Source: Macrostomum lignano (lineage: Eukaryota). Taken from it: a stretch of DNA of 64,000 nucleotides. Positions 11,101 through 23,109 of the stretch are shown here, in pieces. The position numbers and the translations under genes are program-made. Numbering within the stretch: position 1 is the first letter of the stretch; each line of letters starts with the position of its first letter. The notes beneath the pieces were generated by a model, which worked only from the letters and a program-made list of their open reading frames with translations, was not told the DNA's origin and ran no database searches. Location of the stretch: NCBI GenBank assembly GCA_002269645.1, contig NIVC01000600.1:62001-126000 (forward strand), read 5' to 3'.

Positions 11101-12423
11101 GTGTACATTGGGAGCAGGGGAAGCGTGTGTACATTGGGGGCAGAGGAAGCGTGTGTACATTAGGGCAGGGAGATCGTGTGTACATTGGGGTAGAGATAGC
11201 GTGTTTTGATTGTGGGTAATATGACGAGTTTAAACTACAGAGGGAATGTGTGTACATTGGTACAGGGTTAAGAGGGCGTGTGTACATTAGGGAAGAGGGC
11301 GTGTGTACATTAGGGAAGAGGGTGTGTGTACATTGGGGCAGGGGAGCGTGTGTACATTGGACGCAGGGGGAGCGTGCGTACATTAAGGGGCAGGCGAGCG
11401 TGTGTACATTGGGGGCAGAGGGAGCGTGTGTACATTGGGGGCAGAGGGAGCGTGTGTACATTGGGGGCAGGGGGAGCGTGTGTACATTGGGGGCAGAGGG
11501 AGCGTGTGTACATTGGGGGCAGAGGGAGCGTGTGTACATTGGGACAGAGGAAGCGTGTCTACATTGGAGGCAGGATTAGCGTGTATACATTGGGACAGAG
11601 GTAGCGTGTGTACATTGGGGGCAGGGGAAGCGTGTGTACATTGGGGGCAGGGGAAGCGTGTGTACATTGGGGCAGAGGGAGCGTGTGTACATTGGGGGCA
11701 GGGGGAGCGTGTGTAAATTGGGGGCAGGGGGAGCATGTGTAAATTGGGGCAGGGGGAGCGTGTGTAAATTGGGGCAGGGGGAGCGTGTGTAAATTGGGGC
11801 AGGGGGAGCGTGTGTAAGTTGGGGGCTGGGGAGCGTGTGTACATTGGGGCAGGGGGAGCGTGTGTAAATTGGGGGCAGGGGGAGCGCGTGTAAATTGGGG
11901 GCTGGGGAGCGTGTGTACATTGGCGGCTGGGGAGTGTGTACATTGGGGGCAGGGGGAGCGTGTGTACATTGGGGGCTGGGGAAGCGTGTGTACAGTGGGG
12001 GCAGAGGGAGCGTGTGTACATTGGGGGCAGAGGAAGCGTGTGTAAATTGGGGCAGGGGGAGCGTGTGTACATTGGGGGCAGAGGGAGCGTGTGTAAATTG
12101 GGGCAGGGGGAGCGTGTGTAAATTGGGGCAGGGGGAGCGTGTGTAAATTGGGGCAGGGGGAGCGTGTGTAAATTGGGGGCTGGGGAGCGTGTGTACATTG
12201 GGGCAGGGGAGCGTGTGTAAATTGGGGGCAGGGGGAGCGCGTGTAAATTGGGGGCTGGGGGAGCGTGTGTACATTGGGGGCAGGGGAGCGTGTGTACATT
12301 GGGGGCAGGGGAGCGTGTGTACATTGGGGGCAGGGGAGCGTGTGTACATTGGGGGCAGGGGAGCGTGTGTACATTGGGGCAGGGGGAGCGTGTGTACATT
12401 GGGGCAGGGGGAGCGTGTGTACA
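11101..12423 (-). repeat. Same 26 bp minisatellite in inverted orientation, Bora intron 3
   Basis: Reverse complement of the 10028-10755 family, including its unique internal segment. Confidence 0.95.
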
Positions 12424-12458
12424 TGAAAATCAACTGTTTGGCTCCCCTTGCATCGCAG

Positions 12459-12732
12459 CTACTGCAGCATGGACACAACTTCGGACTCGCAGCCGGCCAG
12501 CGTGTTCTGCACCAGCAGCCTGCAGCAGCAGCAGCAGCAGAGAATGGCCGCCTCCAGTTACGGAGAGGGCAGCAGTTTTTTAACTGGCTCGTCCGGCTCC
12601 ATGTCGGATCTGGTTGCCACCCCCACTGCTGGCGGGCAGCTGGCAACAGCGGCGAATGCGTCTGCGGCTGTTGACCAACCTTCTGGGACAGCGTCGGCGA
12701 ACTTTGAAGACGCCCTGCTGACGCCAACTTGA
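12459..12732 (+). CDS. BORA: Bora homolog, exon 4 (terminal); total CDS 1284 nt / 427 aa
   Basis: Acceptor catcgcAG|C is phase 2, and the frame is open to TGA at 12730-12732. The four exons sum to a multiple of 3. Confidence 0.7.
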
Positions 12733-13101
12733 TTTTTGAGGCATTTGTCAAATCATTGAATCTGTTATGCTCTGTTTTTTATATCGGTCTCAGTGCTTCT
12801 CTGTTGGAATTTGTCTATTTTTAGGAACCTGTAATATGCAATCCTTCTAGTGCTTTTCTGCATTTAAACTTTACCTTCTTTCAGCTTCAATCTGAGTTTA
12901 TGGCTGTCCGCTTGCGAATGCGAGCTGCAGCAAAATACTCGACTATATACAATCCGGTCTTGGCCAATTAAACTTGTGCTCCGTATATGAAATATACAAA
13001 ATCTGCTACTTTAAGTAGGCAGACTTGAATGCGTTGGTTTTTTAATATATTTGTACTAGAAAATTAGAGAGTAGAATTCTTTTTTATGTTGATAAAATTA
13101 G

Positions 13102-13986
<885 letters not shown>

Positions 13987-14065
13987 AGAATAGCCAGAAC
14001 AGCATTCGCCCGCTGACTGCATCGGCACACTGCAGCCGCTCACAACGGTCCCGCTCGAATTTCAG

Positions 14066-14304
14066 GCTGCCAGCGGCTCCTGGGGCGGCAAATACTCCGA
14101 CGATTATGATTACCTGATCAAACTGCTGGCCCTGGGCAACTCGGGGGTAGGCAAGACCTCGATTCTCTACCAGTACACTGACGGAGTCTTCAATGCCAGA
14201 TTTGTCAGCACAGTTGGAATCGATTTTAGGCAGAAGAGGCTGCTGCACAAATCTGACGGCAACGGGCAGTCTGGGGAGACTCAGCGGATTCACCTGCAGC
14301 TGTG
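14066..14304 (+). CDS. RAB27: Rab27 GTPase, first identifiable coding exon (start-codon exon unresolved)
   Basis: [19 protein letters not shown]...[11 protein letters not shown]...RIHLQLW. Acceptor tttcAG at 14064-14065; donor TG|GTTGGT at 14305. Confidence 0.9.
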
Positions 14305-14394
14305 GTTGGTTTTGGTTGGTTTTGGCGCTTGGTTGCCTGGGGTTATGGGTATGCGGGATTTGGTTGCTAGGGTTTTTAATCTGGTTTTTTAGGT

Positions 14395-14702
14395 GTTAGA
14401 ACTTGTTGCTAGGGTGCTGAACTTGGTTGCTATCGCGTAGGATCTGGTTGCTAAGGTGGTAAACTTGGTTGCTAGGGTGTAGGATCTGGTTTCTAGGGTG
14501 TAGGATCTGGTTTCTAGGGTGTGGAATCTGGTTTCTAGGGTGTGGAATCTGGTTGCTAGGGTGTAGGATCTGGTTTCTAGGGTGTAGGATCTGGTTTCTA
14601 GGGTGTAGGATCTGGTTTCTAGGGTGTTGAATCTAGTTGATATGGTGTGGAATCTGGTTGCTATGGTGTGGAATCTGGTTGCTATGATGTGGAATCTGGT
14701 TG
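14395..14702 (+). repeat. 21 bp minisatellite (GGATCTGGTTTCTAGGGTGTA) in Rab27 intron
   Basis: Tandem array. Confidence 0.9.
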
Positions 14703-14809
14703 GTACGACGTGTTTGCCGTCAGATTTAGTCGCTGACTTTGGATGTGTGAACTGAGTTCCTGTTCCCTGCTCCTCTGCGAATATCAAAGTCATTGCTGCC
14801 CGCCCGCAG

Positions 14810-15058
14810 GGACACGGCAGGCCAAGAGAGGTTCCGCTCACTGAGCACCGCCTTCTTTCGCGACGCCATGGGCTTCCTGCTGGTGTTCGACCTGACCTCT
14901 GAGCAGAGCTTCCTGGACATTCGCAACTGGCTGAGCCTGCTGCAGACAAACGCGTACTGCGACAGACCGGACATTGTGCTGGTTGGCAACAAGAAGGACC
15001 TGGCTGACCTGCGAGCCGTCACCTGCGACAGGGCACAGCGGCTGGCGGACGAGCTCAA
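14810..15058 (+). CDS. RAB27: Rab27, middle exon
   Basis: [30 protein letters not shown]...[18 protein letters not shown]; the [10 protein letters not shown] and AYC..PD motifs are diagnostic for Rab27. Donor AA|GTGAGC. Confidence 0.95.
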
Positions 15059-15196
15059 GTGAGCACTTGGCTGCCTGGCTGTAACGTTGGGAAATGTTTG
15101 GAGTGACATTGGAGTGAAAGTCAGGGTGACTATTGAGTGACATTCAGATATCCAGTACCGGAGTGACATTTGGCATCACTTGGAGTGGCATCAAGA

Positions 15197-16012
15197 TATT
15201 GAGTTCCGTGTGACACTAGAAGTGACATTGGAATATATTGACTTCCGTGTGACACTAGGAGAGACATTGGAATGTATTGACTTCCGTGTGACACTAGAAG
15301 TGACATTGGAATATATTGACTTCCGTGTGACACTAGAAGTGACATTGGGGTATTGATTTCCGTGTGACATTAGGAGTGACTTTGGAATATTGACTTCCGT
15401 GTGACACTAGGAGAGACATTGGAATGTATTGACTTCCGTGTGACACTAGAAGTGACATTGGAATATATTGACTTCCGTGTGACACTAGAAGTGACATTGG
15501 AATATATTGACTTCCGTGTGACACTAGGAGTGACATTGGAATGTATTGACTTCCGTGTGACACTAGAAGTGACATTGGAATATATTGACTTCCGTGTGAC
15601 ACTAGAAGTGACATTGGAATATATTGACTTCCGTGTGACACTAGGAGAGACATTGGAATGTATTGACTTCCGTGTGACACTAGAAGTGACATTGGAATAT
15701 ATTGACTTCCGTGTGACACTAGAAGTGACATTGGGGTATTGATTTCCGTGTGACATTAGGAGTGACTTTGAAATATTGATTTCCGTGTGACATTAGGAGT
15801 GACTTTGGAATATTGATTTCCGTGTGACATTAGGAGTGACTTTGGAATATTGACTTCCGTGTGACATTAGGAGTGACTTTGGAATATTGATTTCCGTGTG
15901 ACATTAGGTGTGACTTTGGAATATTGATTTCCGTGTGACATTAGGAGTGACTTTGGAATATTGACTTCCGTGTGACATTAGGAGTGACTTTGGAATATTG
16001 ATTTCCGTGTGA
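15197..16012 (+). repeat. 39 bp minisatellite (GTGACATTGGAATATATTGACTTCCGTGTGACACTAGAA)
   Basis: Tandem array with two subfamilies arranged in blocks. Confidence 0.95.
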
Positions 16013-16043
16013 CAATGTGGAAATCACCCCCCCCCTCATCAAG

Positions 16044-16248
16044 CATGCCCTACCTGGAGACCAGCGCTTGCACAGGTGAGAACGTGAAGCCGGCCATAGA
16101 CAAGCTGCTGGACCTGGTGATGCTGCGCATCGATCTGTCGCTGGATAAGAGCCGGCTGCCCATCAAACGCAGCAAGCGGACCAGCGTTGGTCACTCGGGC
16201 GGCGGCGGCGGCGGCGGAGGCGGTGGCGCCAACTGCGGAGCCTGTTAG
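16044..16248 (+). CDS. RAB27: Rab27, terminal exon
   Basis: (N)MPYLETSACTGENV...LLDLVMLRI, poly-Gly, then NCGAC*. Phase-2 acceptor catcaAG. Confidence 0.92.
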
Positions 16249-17588
16249 GCTGCTCCAAACCCCGCTTCTATCGGCCACCCTCAACTTGCCGCTGCTTCAA
16301 TTTTCTTATCTAATCCCCATGCTGAGTGTCTTTGTTCCTTATGTGCATTGCAGCTCATCTATGTTGCTATCTCAGCCTCATCATTGGGATCTCACAGCCT
16401 CATCATTGTGATCTCCCAGCCTTATCAGTGGGATCTCCCAGCCTCATTATTGGGATCTCACAACATTTCATTTATTTTTTCGCCACTCAGTGCTCTTCCA
16501 GGGTCCGTGACATACTACTGTTTTTCTGAGTAGTGATGTGTTTTGTTTTTTAGGCTGCCTTTTGGTAAATAATTTTCTATTTATTTTTTAAAGTTTATTT
16601 TTCAAAAAATTTATTGACAATATCTAACTCAAGTACTCCAAGAACGGAAGCAACCATTGTCTTCTTCGATCAGCTTGTGGCGCAAGTAAATTTTACCCAA
16701 ATACTCGTAGGAATGTCTCAATGCCTTACTGACAGTAGTCTATGCGAGCTAGGTGATATGATTTATTTTAACACAAATATATTAACACATATCCTAACAA
16801 TATTCCATTTTCGTGTGCCAAATCCAAGATAAAACACAATACGCCGATATGTTGAGTTGGAAACTTTTCTTTGACTGGAAAAAGAATTTTTAAACAAATA
16901 CGCACGCTCATTCGATTCAGCTTTACCATAGTAGGAATAATTTATTTGATATCAATAAAAAACTCATTTTAACTTGACTACTCACCAGTAGTAGCTGCAT
17001 TGGGATATGATAAGGGTTGAAATTTTCAGATGGAAGCATTCTGATACTTTAAATTTTATGCAAATAACTGGTTGTACACAAATCTTTGCTATCAACATCG
17101 GATAAGTGGCATACCCGAGCATGCTTTACTACTGACAGTTTGCTTCTAAGTAGCATGTGCAAGTGAGCTAGAATTCTCTAATTGTTTTCAGCGTTTCAGA
17201 GGGTGCAGAATTATTTATCAACCTGTACAAAAGCCTCGTGAATCCGGATGAACGCAACTCATCAAGGACGAATGAATCGATAGGGAAGGAATTTTAAACA
17301 CAGTCAAGAGAGCAGAGATTTCCCACGAATGCAGGCCCTTTTGGAAACTTTTGCTACTCGCATTTATCAGAGACTGTCTACTCACGAGTAGTGAGGTACG
17401 TCTATGTGAGGGAATTTTTTTCAAGCCGCGACCAAATTTTATGTGTTAGATTTATTCCAAGGCCGAAGATTCGAGCTCGGGTCCTGCAGTTGTAAGGCGG
17501 CTGCGCTGACCGCTGGACCAAATTCCCCCCGCTTAGAATGGCCGGCTCCACAGTCTTATATAGGCAGAGGAGGGCCATCGATCGGTCG

Positions 17589-17943
17589 CTAGACCTCCGT
17601 AGTCGGATGGTCCTCGTCGATGGTCGGCTGCCGTCGGATGATCCCGCCGCCGACGCCCGACAGTCCCGTGCCGCTGCCACCGGCCGCGGCCGCTGCCAGG
17701 CCGTGCGGCACGCTGTGGATGGGGCAGCCGGATTTCGGCAGTGTGGCGCCGGCCGGGTAGTGGTGGATGACACAGGGCGTGGGGTGGAAGGTCACGTGAT
17801 GCTGCTGCTGCTGTCCGGCGCTCAGCTTCGAATCGACGCTGGAATCCGAGGAGCCCAGCTGGTAGCCGGCGGACGGGTGGTGGCCGAGTTGGCAGCTGGC
17901 GGCGTGCGCGCCGCCGTACCCGGAGTCGCAGCTCCTTACGCTG
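17589..17943 (-). CDS. Kirre/NEPH/IrreC-like Ig receptor, terminal exon (cytoplasmic tail ending TTEV, a class I PDZ-binding motif)
   Basis: Acceptor ttttacAG, phase 2; open to TAG; ends ..HPTTEV*. Confidence 0.75.
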
Positions 17944-18019
17944 CTGTAAAATAACAGGGCGTTGCGTTTCTTGGAAAATTTTTGAAGGCCACAGCTCCCC
18001 GCCCACACCCCTCACTCAC

Positions 18020-18581
18020 TCTTCCTGGCCGGCCTCTTCTCCGGGTTCCTCGGCAGCAGCCGCCGCCGCCGACGTCGCCGACTGTTGAAGCTGCGACCGT
18101 CGGGCTGGCGACAGAACCTGGCCCAGGCAGCTCTGCTGGCTTGGCGTGAGGTCGGACAGGTCGATGGCCGGGTAGGCGGAGGCTGGCCGCGAGTAGCCGC
18201 GCTGATGAAGCAGGAGCTGCGGATGCTGCGGATGATGATGGACGTTGGAGATGCTGGTTGCTGGCGGCGGCGGCGCCGCGTGCGAGGCGAGCGGCTGGCG
18301 GCCCAGGCTGCCGTGGACCGCGCAGCCGATGAAGGCCGGGTAGCCGCCGACGCCGATGTCGGCTGGTCCGACCTCGACAGCGACTGTTTCGTCGTCGTTG
18401 CGGATGTCGCCGTAGCGTCTCAGCGGCTGCTGTGGCTGCTGCTGGAGCTTCTGGCCTCGGAAGGTGCCGCCGTTGCTGGCTCTCCGAATGGCGCCATTCG
18501 GCCCGCTGGCGTCCGAGTTTGAGTCGACTGCATCGGCGTCGTCGAGATTGTCGGCTGGGAGGCGGGCCGACTGCTGCTTCT
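18020..18581 (-). CDS. Kirre-like, cytoplasmic exon
   Basis: Acceptor caactccAG, phase 1. Open frame EKQQSARLPADNLDD...EEAGQE; donor GA|GTGAGT. Confidence 0.7.
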
Positions 18582-18587
18582 CTGGAG

Positions 18588-19140
18588 TTGGGATTTGGGA
18601 TTAGGGATTCGGGATTCATGAGTTGGGATTCTGGATTCATGAGTTGGGATTCGGGATTCATGAGTTGGGATTCTGGATTCATGAGTTAAGATTTGGGATT
18701 CGGGATTTCGGAGTTAAGATTAGGGATTAGGGATTTTGGATTCAGGATTCGGGATTTGAGATTTGAGATTCGGGATTCATGAGTTGGGATTCTGGATTCA
18801 TGAGTTAAGATTTGGGATTTGGGATTTGGGAGTTGAGATTTGGGATTCGGGATTTGGGAGTTGAGATTAGATAGGGATTTTTTATTCAGGATTCGGGATT
18901 TCAGATTTCAGATTCGGGATTCATGAGTTGGGATTCTGGATTCATGAGTTAAGATTTGGAATTCGGGATTCATGAGTTGAGATTTGGGATTCGGGATTCA
19001 TGAGTTGGGATTCTGGATTCATGAGTTGAGATTTGGGATTCAGGATTTGGGAGTTGAGATTTGGTGGTTGTGATTCGAACGCTGGGATTCCGGAATAGGG
19101 ATTCAGGATTTGAGATTAAGGAGTTGCGATTTTGGAGTTA
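18588..19140 (+). repeat. ~21 bp degenerate minisatellite (GGATTCATGAGTTGGGATTCT)
   Basis: Tandem array filling the intron. Confidence 0.85.
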
Positions 19141-19243
19141 CGACAGGATTTGAGAGTCAGGAGCTAAGGAATTAGTACTTGGGATTTTTTGAACTGATCA
19201 TTTCAAAGAACTGTGAATTGGGATTTCGAACAACTCTGCTCAC

Positions 19244-19384
19244 CCATGGCGGAGCGGTGCTGCTCTGCCGCCGCCCGACTGTCCCAGTAGCCCTTGCGAC
19301 AGACGCACAACAGCACCAGCATGAACACCAGCACCATCACCAGGGCTGTGGAGGCGCCAGCTATGAATGCCACGGGGATGTTGT
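19244..19384 (-). CDS. Kirre-like, transmembrane exon
   Basis: DNIPVAFIAGASTALVMVLVFMLVLLCVCRK: hydrophobic helix followed by a basic stop-transfer. AG/GT in phase 1/1. Confidence 0.88.
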
Positions 19385-19582
19385 CTGCGGACGAGGGGGG
19401 GGGGGCGTGTCGAGGTCTTGGCAAGAAAATATTTAGGATTTCGGCAAAAAGTCGATGATGTCATTTCATTCTCTTAGCTCTACTTTGATTGCCGCGTCCA
19501 GCAAGTTAAGCAGAATTGGCCGCGGTTAGTTCGAGTTAAGCCTTGGTAAATCAATGGCAATGCAGGCATGCTCTTGACTCAC

Positions 19583-19731
19583 CCTCGATGGTGAGGCTGA
19601 TTAGGAGGCTCTGGCTGCCCATCTCATTGGTTGCCGTGCAGTTGTAGATGCCGAAGTCATTCGACTGGACCTCTTCGAAGTGCACAAATGACGTCGTGCC
19701 GCCGAGGAAGTCTTCGCGGTAGATGCGGACT
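19583..19731 (-). CDS. Kirre-like, Ig5 second half
   Basis: RVRIYREDF...DFGIYNCTATNEMGSQSLLISLTIE (Ig F-strand DxGxYxC). Phases 2/1. Confidence 0.9.
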
Positions 19732-19761
19732 CTGCAGTGTTAGGAGCTCTTTAATGATCCT

Positions 19762-20326
19762 CACGGTTCTCCATTCCCCATCCTCACCGGTAACCCATCC
19801 TCACTGGTTTCCCATCCTCACCGGTTTCCCATCCTCACCGGTTCTCCATTCCCCATCCTCACCGGTTTCCCATCCTCACCGGTTTCCCATCCTCACCGGT
19901 TCTCCATTCCCCATCCTCACCGGTTTCCCATCCTCACCGGTTCTCCATTCCCCATCCTCACCGGTTTCCCATCCTCACCGGTTTCCCATCCTCACCGGTT
20001 TCCCATCCTCACCGGTTTCCCATCCTCACCGGTTTCCCATCCTCACCGGTTTCCCATCCTCACCGGTTCTACACTCCCCATCCTCACCGGTTCCCCATTC
20101 CCCATCCTCACCGGTTCCCCATTCCCCATCATCATCTTCCTTCATTCCCCATCCTCACCGGTTCTACACTCCCCATCCTCACCAGTTCCCCATTCCCCAT
20201 CCTCACCGGTTCTACACTCCCCATCCTCACCTGTCCCTCATTCCCCATCCTCACCGGTCCCTCATTCCCCATTCTCAGCTGTCCCTCATTCCCCATCCTC
20301 ACCTGTCCCTCATTCCCCATCCTTAC
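19762..20326 (-). repeat. 17/24 bp minisatellite (plus strand CCCCATCCTCACCGGTT...)
   Basis: Fills the intron and starts at the donor site. Confidence 0.93.
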
Positions 20327-20932
20327 CTGTCCCCGGTCTCCAGTTTGCGCCCATTGCGCCACCACTGCACGCCACCCTCGCTGGCGGGCGCGGGCACGGA
20401 CACGATGCGGCACTCGAGGCGGAAGCTGCGGCCGAGCCTGGCGAACTGCTGCCCGGCCGATTCGCACCTGGGCTGCGCCTTCTGGGCCAGCAGTACCCGG
20501 CGCGAGATGGATGAGAACTCCGCCCCGCTCACGGTGCAGACGTACTCGCCGAAGTCGCTCGGCCGCAGTCTGGTGAGGCGCAGGCGGGACATCTGGCCCA
20601 CGACTGGGCCGCCGCTGCCGCTGCCGAAGCCGCTCCTGGGGGCTCCAACGGAGTCGCCCCTGCGCCAGGCGTAGGTCGGCTCCGGTCTGGCGTCCGCCTG
20701 GCAGCTGAGCTCGGCTGAGCCGCCGATCTCGGCCGAGTACAGCGTCGGCAAGGAGGGCTCGAACTTAGGACCGTAGCGGACTCGAATCACGGCCTCGGCG
20801 TCCGATTTTTCATGGTTGGCTGCGCTGCACCGAATAGTCTGGCCATCGTGGCGTCTGGTCAGCGTCAGGGTCAGCCGGGATGTTGATGGGGCCACCGTGG
20901 GAAGCTGGGGGCCGTTCGAGTCGATTGACCAG
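20327..20932 (-). CDS. Kirre-like, Ig3-Ig5 exon
   Basis: HDGQTIRCSAAN, AELSCQADARPEPTYAW...SDFGEYVC, LECRIVSVP...VQWWRNG. Phases 2/2. Confidence 0.92.
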
Positions 20933-20957
20933 CTACGGATTGATTGGTTTGGATTGG

Positions 20958-21115
20958 AAAATTCCATCAGAGCTGAACTGGATGCTGTCTAAATTTATCG
21001 TGGAAAATTCCATCAGAGCTGAACTGGATGCTGTCTAAATTTATCGTGGAAAATTCCATCAGAGCTGAACTGGATGCTGTCTAAATTTATCGTGGAAAAT
21101 TCCATCAGAGTTTAA
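20958..21115 (+). repeat. 46 bp repeat, about 3.5 copies
   Basis: GTGGAAAATTCCATCAGAGCTGAACTGGATGCTGTCTAAATTTATC repeated. Confidence 0.9.
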
Positions 21116-21147
21116 CTGTAGTTCCAGAGTTTTTTGCGGAAACCTAC

Positions 21148-21405
21148 GTGTACACAAAATTGTCGGGCCTCCCGGTGGCGGTGCAGACGGCCGTGACTCT
21201 GTCGTGCTCGTGGTACTCGTTATTTTGCCGGTGCGGTTCGATCGCCAGGCTGACAGTGGGCGGCACCGTCACGTACAGCCGCGTGGAGGCGGACATCGGC
21301 CTGAGCTCAAAGTTGAGCACCTTAGCGTGGCACTCAATCAGCAGGTTGTGCCTGGCGTCTGTGACCGACTGGCCGTCGATCTCCAGCACCGATGTGACCG
21401 TGAAA
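21148..21405 (-). CDS. Kirre-like, Ig2-Ig3 exon
   Basis: FTVTSVLEI...LLIECHA...VPPTVSL...DRVTAVCTATGRP. Phases 2/2. Confidence 0.9.
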
Positions 21406-21613
21406 CTGGGCGGGAGAAGAGTGTGTGCGCGTGATGAATTTTCCGGGTTTTTTGGCGCCAGTTTGAATTGCAAACAAAGCGAATTAAAAATAAAATATCA
21501 ACAATTGAATGTCTATCTGTCATTTTGTTTATTTAAAGCTGTTCTTTAACAGAGAGAACCGAAACATTTCATTTCTAGGAAATTTCTATTATTAAAAGTT
21601 GCACCAGACTCAC

Positions 21614-22016
21614 AGCTTGTCCTTGAGCTCCTGCTTCTCAATCCACACGGAGCCTTTGATTGGCTGCTCAAACTGGCGCTTCTCGACCTTCTGCTTGCTG
21701 AACTCGGGCACCTGCACCCTGGCGCCGTCGCTGAATGTCCAGCTGATCGTCGCGGCCGGATTCGAACTCGCGGCCTCGCAGATGAGCTCGCCGGATTTAC
21801 CAGCCGCTAGCTGGGCCGGCTGAGTCAGGCTGAGCGGCTCCAGCTTCAACGACGATGAGGAATTGATTCGCTGCATCAGTTTTAGTCCGTCCAGATTCTT
21901 CAGCACTCGGAGGAAGGCCTTCGCGGAGCCGGCGGGCCGGTTCAGGCTGGTCACCTGGCAGGTGTACTCGCCTTGGTCCCCGATGCGCAGGTCCTGGATC
22001 TTCAGGTCGTGGATGC
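21614..22016 (-). CDS. Kirre-like, Ig1-Ig2 exon
   Basis: HDLKIQDLRIGDQGEYTCQV, then ELICEAASSNPAATISW (C2-set). Phases 1/2. Confidence 0.92.
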
Positions 22017-22044
22017 CTTCGGGTGGTGTCAGTGGGTTCGGGCG

Positions 22045-22355
22045 AGCGGTTGTCTGTCTGACCGGTTGCTTGTCTCTGCGTCACCGGTTACCTGTCTCGG
22101 CCTCACCGGTTACCTGTCTCTGCCTCACCGGTTACCTGTCTCTGCCTCACCAGTTACCTGTCTCTGCCTCACCGGTTGCTTGTCTCTCTGCCTCACCGGT
22201 TGCTTTTCTCTCTGCCTCACCGGTTACCTGTCTCTGCCTCACCGGTTGGTCTCTCTGCCTCACCGGTTACCTGTCTCTGCCTCACCGGTTACCTATCTCT
22301 CTGCCTCACCGGTTGTCATTGTTCTTACCAGTTGTCAGTGTCTCTGCCTCACCAG
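22045..22355 (-). repeat. 22-24 bp minisatellite (plus strand CTCTGCCTCACCGGTTACCTGT)
   Basis: Tandem array. Confidence 0.9.
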
Positions 22356-23109
22356 CAGTTATTTTTGACCCAATTAATTACTTCTATCTTCGTTCTTAAT
22401 CTTTTAGTAATTGAATCATATTTTATTGGAAAAACGTTTGCATTTCTACTGACCACTCGCGGCCAGTAGTCAGATGCGCACCAAACGGTAAGGCAATAAA
22501 TAAACATTCAGTAGACGAATTCGCCCCGAGTCCCATTCTTCTCCCAATTAACGGGAATAGTTTTGTCTCTTTTGCGCGCCCCATTCTTCAAGTCTGCGCC
22601 CGCAAGTTAAGAAACTTCATCTGAGGTCTCCCACGTTGGCTCTGCTGGACTGGCTGGACTTTCTGCAGCTTCAGTTGGAACGCAGCTCGGACACCTGAGC
22701 CCATCTGTCACGGAGCCCAGGGACAGGCGAGACAGCCCCCCCCGCCTGCGGTTTTCGTCCCGTCTTTCGCTTTCTGCTTTGGAATTTCGCTGCCACTGCT
22801 GGAGTCCCGGACCGACCCTCCCCGCTCCCTGGCATCGGCCTGTGTCTGCTGCTTCCGGCAAAGAATAAGAAAAATTCAATTTTTAATTGGTAGAAATGCG
22901 GGCAGCGGAGGACGTGAACGAATAAATGGAGATGGAGCTGAGAGGGGCGGGAAGCTGACACGGCCAAAGTGGAAAGGAAATAAAGAAATTGAAAAGAGAA
23001 AGGAGTGGCCCAGGAGAGACCAGAAGGGAGTGAAAAGTGCTTTTAAAAGTTCTGAGAGGGGATTGCAGGGCTGAGAGAGACAAGGTTGAGAGATGAGGGG
23101 TAAGAGTGC

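Noticed and set aside
17900-17925. DSGYGG in the Kirre-like tail as a beta-TrCP phosphodegron
   Set aside because: It lacks the second Ser/Thr of DSGxxS.
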